From the IMG/VR virus record IMGVR_UViG_3300044620_001837: a stretch of DNA of 61,688 nucleotides; one strand, given 5' to 3'. The stretch comes from a virus. A model generated the notes under the pieces. It was not told the DNA's origin. It searched no databases and saw nothing but the letters and a program-made list of their open reading frames with translations. Every line of letters starts with the position of its first letter. Within the stretch, counting starts at the first letter, position 1. This document shows positions 59,153 through 61,688 of the stretch, in pieces. A program made the translations under genes and the position numbers.

Positions 59153-60451
59153 ATGTTTTTGTCTATCGAACAAATCAAAACCTGCGAAGTTTACTCCGAA
59201 TTACAAGCTATCGGCAAGGAACTGAATATCGCTTACGAAGCGGAATTAAGAATACTAAGAATTTCTAAGGACAAGTTGCGGGAATCGATTATTAATTGGA
59301 TCGAGGAAAACTTAGCTGATTATTTCCCAGATTGGAAAATCGAGCCGATTAGCATCGAGAATGTAGAAATCAAAGCGCAGGGAGTTAAATTCCCGAAAAT
59401 CAACAAAAACGCAACAATAGAACAGTACCTAGAGCAAAGCGATTGTTACGAGTTTGACGTGATTATAACCGAAAAAATCACCTTATCCGATAAGGATTTT
59501 ATCGAGTTTAAGCAAAAGCTTTTGGCTGATTATGAATGGTTAGCTGGCAAAGGCGGGGAGCAGAACTGCTTACTCGTAACATCTCTAAACGGCGATCCAC
59601 TCGTGGTCGATCCACAAGGTCATAACTATCCTCGCTATGTAGGATTCCTGACAGAAGAAACCACAAACGAAACCGAAATCGTGACCGCTATCGAGGAGAT
59701 CGAAACTGAAACTATCGAAGAAACCGAGACTATCGATGAAACCGAGACTATCGATGAAACCGAGTCAGAAACGACCCCTGACGAAACCGAGAAAGATATC
59801 CACATCAGCGTTACCCCTGATAAGAAATACTGGGTAACAAAAAACTACACCGAAAACTGTATGCAATTAACAGATAGCACTTTTAAAGTGATTGCTTCTA
59901 TCCCCATGGAAGTATGGGAATCGCTAAAAGTAAAAACTCATATCATGCTGTACAAAGAATGGCTGGAACTAAACACTCCTGTAAACATTCCCACGATCTC
60001 TGAATGGCTAGAGTCTAAAGGACTAAATGATCGCTGGGTTGATACAGGATTAGTAAACATGGACTGCCGATTGTTCACTGACGGCACTAAATACTACGCC
60101 GTCAATAAAGATGGGGCTATCATGTCCACAATGGATAGCCAGTTCTTTAACCCGAAGTGGTTTAAGTCTCAGTCGTGGGAAAGCTGGCTAGGTATCGAGA
60201 AAAAATCATCAAGCCGCAAGTCTGGCGCACCCGGCACACGCGCATCCAATCCCAACGCTAAGACTCCCAAAGTACCGCAAAAACTGATCGACTTTATGCG
60301 AGAAAAACCCCGGACAGTACAAGAAATGATGGAACTGATGGGATGGAATTACCACAACGCCCGCAATTACTTAAACTACATCAAGTGGAACGGGATGACT
60401 CTCGTTTCCGAGGGCAAAGGCGAAAGCCGTACTCATCAAATCATTGACTAA
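59153..60451 (+). CDS. Hypothetical protein with acidic Thr/Glu tandem repeats and a C-terminal winged-helix-like region
   Basis: ETIEETETIDETETIDETESETTPDETE is encoded by the 18-nt unit GAAACCGAGACTATCGAT, present twice at 59720-59755. The C-terminus RTVQEMMELMGWNYHNARNYLNYIKWNG is wHTH-like. Confidence 0.55.
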   Translation: MFLSIEQIKTCEVYSELQAIGKELNIAYEAELRILRISKDKLRESIINWIEENLADYFPDWKIEPISIENVEIKAQGVKFPKINKNATIEQYLEQSDCYEFDVIITEKITLSDKDFIEFKQKLLADYEWLAGKGGEQNCLLVTSLNGDPLVVDPQGHNYPRYVGFLTEETTNETEIVTAIEEIETETIEETETIDETETIDETESETTPDETEKDIHISVTPDKKYWVTKNYTENCMQLTDSTFKVIASIPMEVWESLKVKTHIMLYKEWLELNTPVNIPTISEWLESKGLNDRWVDTGLVNMDCRLFTDGTKYYAVNKDGAIMSTMDSQFFNPKWFKSQSWESWLGIEKKSSSRKSGAPGTRASNPNAKTPKVPQKLIDFMREKPRTVQEMMELMGWNYHNARNYLNYIKWNGMTLVSEGKGESRTHQIID

Positions 60452-60517
60452 ACTCCCACGGGTTCCCCTCGGAGCCCCTCTCTAGAAACCACTAATCACC
60501 TAACAGGAGTAAAAACA

Positions 60518-60742
60518 ATGTTAACCCCGCACACACAAGAAAGATGTTTCCGCTTCTGGGAAATTATAAACGAAGCACAAACAAAAAAGGAGATTGAGAG
60601 AGCGGTTACAGGATTAAAAGCTTGGAAAAGTTCCAACTCATATCGCCTAACCGAATCAGACAAAGCGGCGATTGATTTGTACATCCATCAAGCAAAAAAA
60701 GGAATTAATCGCACATTAAATTATTCCAATCGTTCTTTTTAA
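60518..60742 (+). CDS. Hypothetical protein
   Basis: 74-aa ORF with a GGAG-type RBS. Confidence 0.45.
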   Translation: MLTPHTQERCFRFWEIINEAQTKKEIERAVTGLKAWKSSNSYRLTESDKAAIDLYIHQAKKGINRTLNYSNRSF

Positions 60743-60946
60743 TCCCCTCTAGTAAACTCTAATTACAATGGAGTAAAAACTCTGCAAGGCTTTCGATTGT
60801 TAATAACCTTATCTACAATCTATCTACAATGATAACAAGTAGATATACTTAGTACATCTGCTCAAAAATAATTCTCCCACTTACTTAACTTTATTGGGAG
60901 AATGATCCACAATAGAAATGTAAACAAAACACAGAGGTAACAAGCT

Positions 60947-61384
60947 ATGACTTCTATTGATTTTTACGAGAGAGATACGCTTATTAAGCGCATCGAAGAC
61001 AATTTTAATCAGATTAGTCAAAAATACTTTGAGGGAAGCTACGGAATAGTAAGCGTTATTGATAACAGCGATGATAACGGCGATTATGTTACAGTCAGAG
61101 GACATAGTTTATTTGTTGGGGACTATGATACTCAAAAGCTTTTTGATGTTTTAGAAAATTATAGTCAAAAAGAGTACGAGCTTTCCTGTTACGAGCTTTG
61201 GGATTATTTAGATAATTGTAAATACACCCTTCCAGAAAATCAGGAAACTGAAAATGAGTTAAAGACCGATGATGAGTTATCTTTTTCTGAAAAACGACAA
61301 GTTGCGCTTGTTGATATGTTGTTAGGTGAAGCTGTAATTACTACCAAAGCTTTTACCTTAAGCGACGAAGTTATAAGGACATAA
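60947..61384 (+). CDS. Strongly acidic hypothetical protein
   Basis: 145 aa rich in Asp/Glu (DNSDDNGDY, ENQETENELKTDDE). Confidence 0.5.
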   Translation: MTSIDFYERDTLIKRIEDNFNQISQKYFEGSYGIVSVIDNSDDNGDYVTVRGHSLFVGDYDTQKLFDVLENYSQKEYELSCYELWDYLDNCKYTLPENQETENELKTDDELSFSEKRQVALVDMLLGEAVITTKAFTLSDEVIRT

Positions 61385-61484
61385 AAGCTATTCACGAAGC
61401 AAAAGCAAAAGCTTCTAAAAGAGATTTAGAAGCAATGTTTACACTAGGAGACTATGGAGTTATCTAAAAATTTTCCCTAACCTC

Positions 61485-61514
61485 TTGACAACATAAAAAC
61501 ATATCTCCTATAAT
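61485..61514 (+). promoter_or_regulatory. Near-consensus sigma70 promoter P8
   Basis: TTGACA at 61485-61490, an 18-nt spacer, and TATAAT at 61509-61514. Confidence 0.7.
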
Positions 61515-61548
61515 AGGGGATATTCCAAAACACAAAGGAGATAAACAG

Positions 61549-61688
61549 ATGCTTAACAGAGAAAAACGTACAATAGAAATACAAATTGAATACAAAAAAC
61601 AAAGACTTTCTGTAGTTGAATTACAAATTAGAAAACACCGAAATCCTGGTAAATACAAAAAAGAAAGAGACTTGATTTTGTCTGAAAT
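61549..61688 (+). CDS. Junction-spanning small hypothetical protein, 5' part (58 aa in total, ending at 100)
   Basis: ATG 61549 is preceded by AAGGAG (61535-61540) and P8. Translation is MLNREKRTIEIQIEYKKQRLSVVELQIRKHRNPGKYKKERDLILSEI..., and the frame continues across the 63-bp overlap. Confidence 0.55.
   Translation, partial: MLNREKRTIEIQIEYKKQRLSVVELQIRKHRNPGKYKKERDLILSE
61626..61688. repeat. Terminal direct repeat, right copy (identical to 1..63)
   Basis: Exact 63-nt identity with the window start. Confidence 0.9.

Overview
The window looks like one complete tailed-phage genome. Bases 1-63 are repeated exactly at 61626-61688 and a small ORF reads in frame across that junction, so the unique length is about 61.6 kb, circularly closed or terminally redundant. 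The gene content is siphovirus-like. It includes a -1 frameshifted G/GT tail chaperone pair, a 4318-aa tape measure protein (TMP), an NlpC/P60 tail protein, a J-like host-specificity protein, GTA g12/g13-like distal tail domains fused into one gene, and a LamG/beta-helix fibre. It also has a GH19 endolysin, portal, MuF-like protein, protease-like protein, a capsid protein with a scaffold-like N-terminus, and a large terminase. The early/replication genes are a RecT-family annealase, divergent XRE-type and ribbon-helix-helix regulators, a Toprim primase-helicase, a PAPS-reductase-family protein, an SF2 helicase, RusA, a BRO-N antirepressor, a lone RNR beta subunit, and a ParB-like protein next to a C5 DNA methyltransferase. 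At least nine HIP1 octamers (GCGATCGC) point to a cyanobacterial host. I found no integrase, CRISPR array, rRNA or DNA polymerase. The most unusual observations follow. (1) The TMP carries what read as a protein-kinase-like domain, an alpha/beta-hydrolase domain, a SAP/HeH motif and an internal signal-peptide-like segment. (2) The SF2 helicase is interrupted by a LAGLIDADG intein in its P-loop and has a J-domain (HPD) inserted between motifs II and III. (3) The C5 methyltransferase is circularly permuted (motifs IX-X before I-VIII). (4) A family of long non-coding elements rich in GGATGTTA/TAACATCC boxes occurs at three loci. (5) A promoter cassette CTTGACAATTCAAGAAA is reused about seven times. 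All functional calls rest on motif reading by eye, with no database search.
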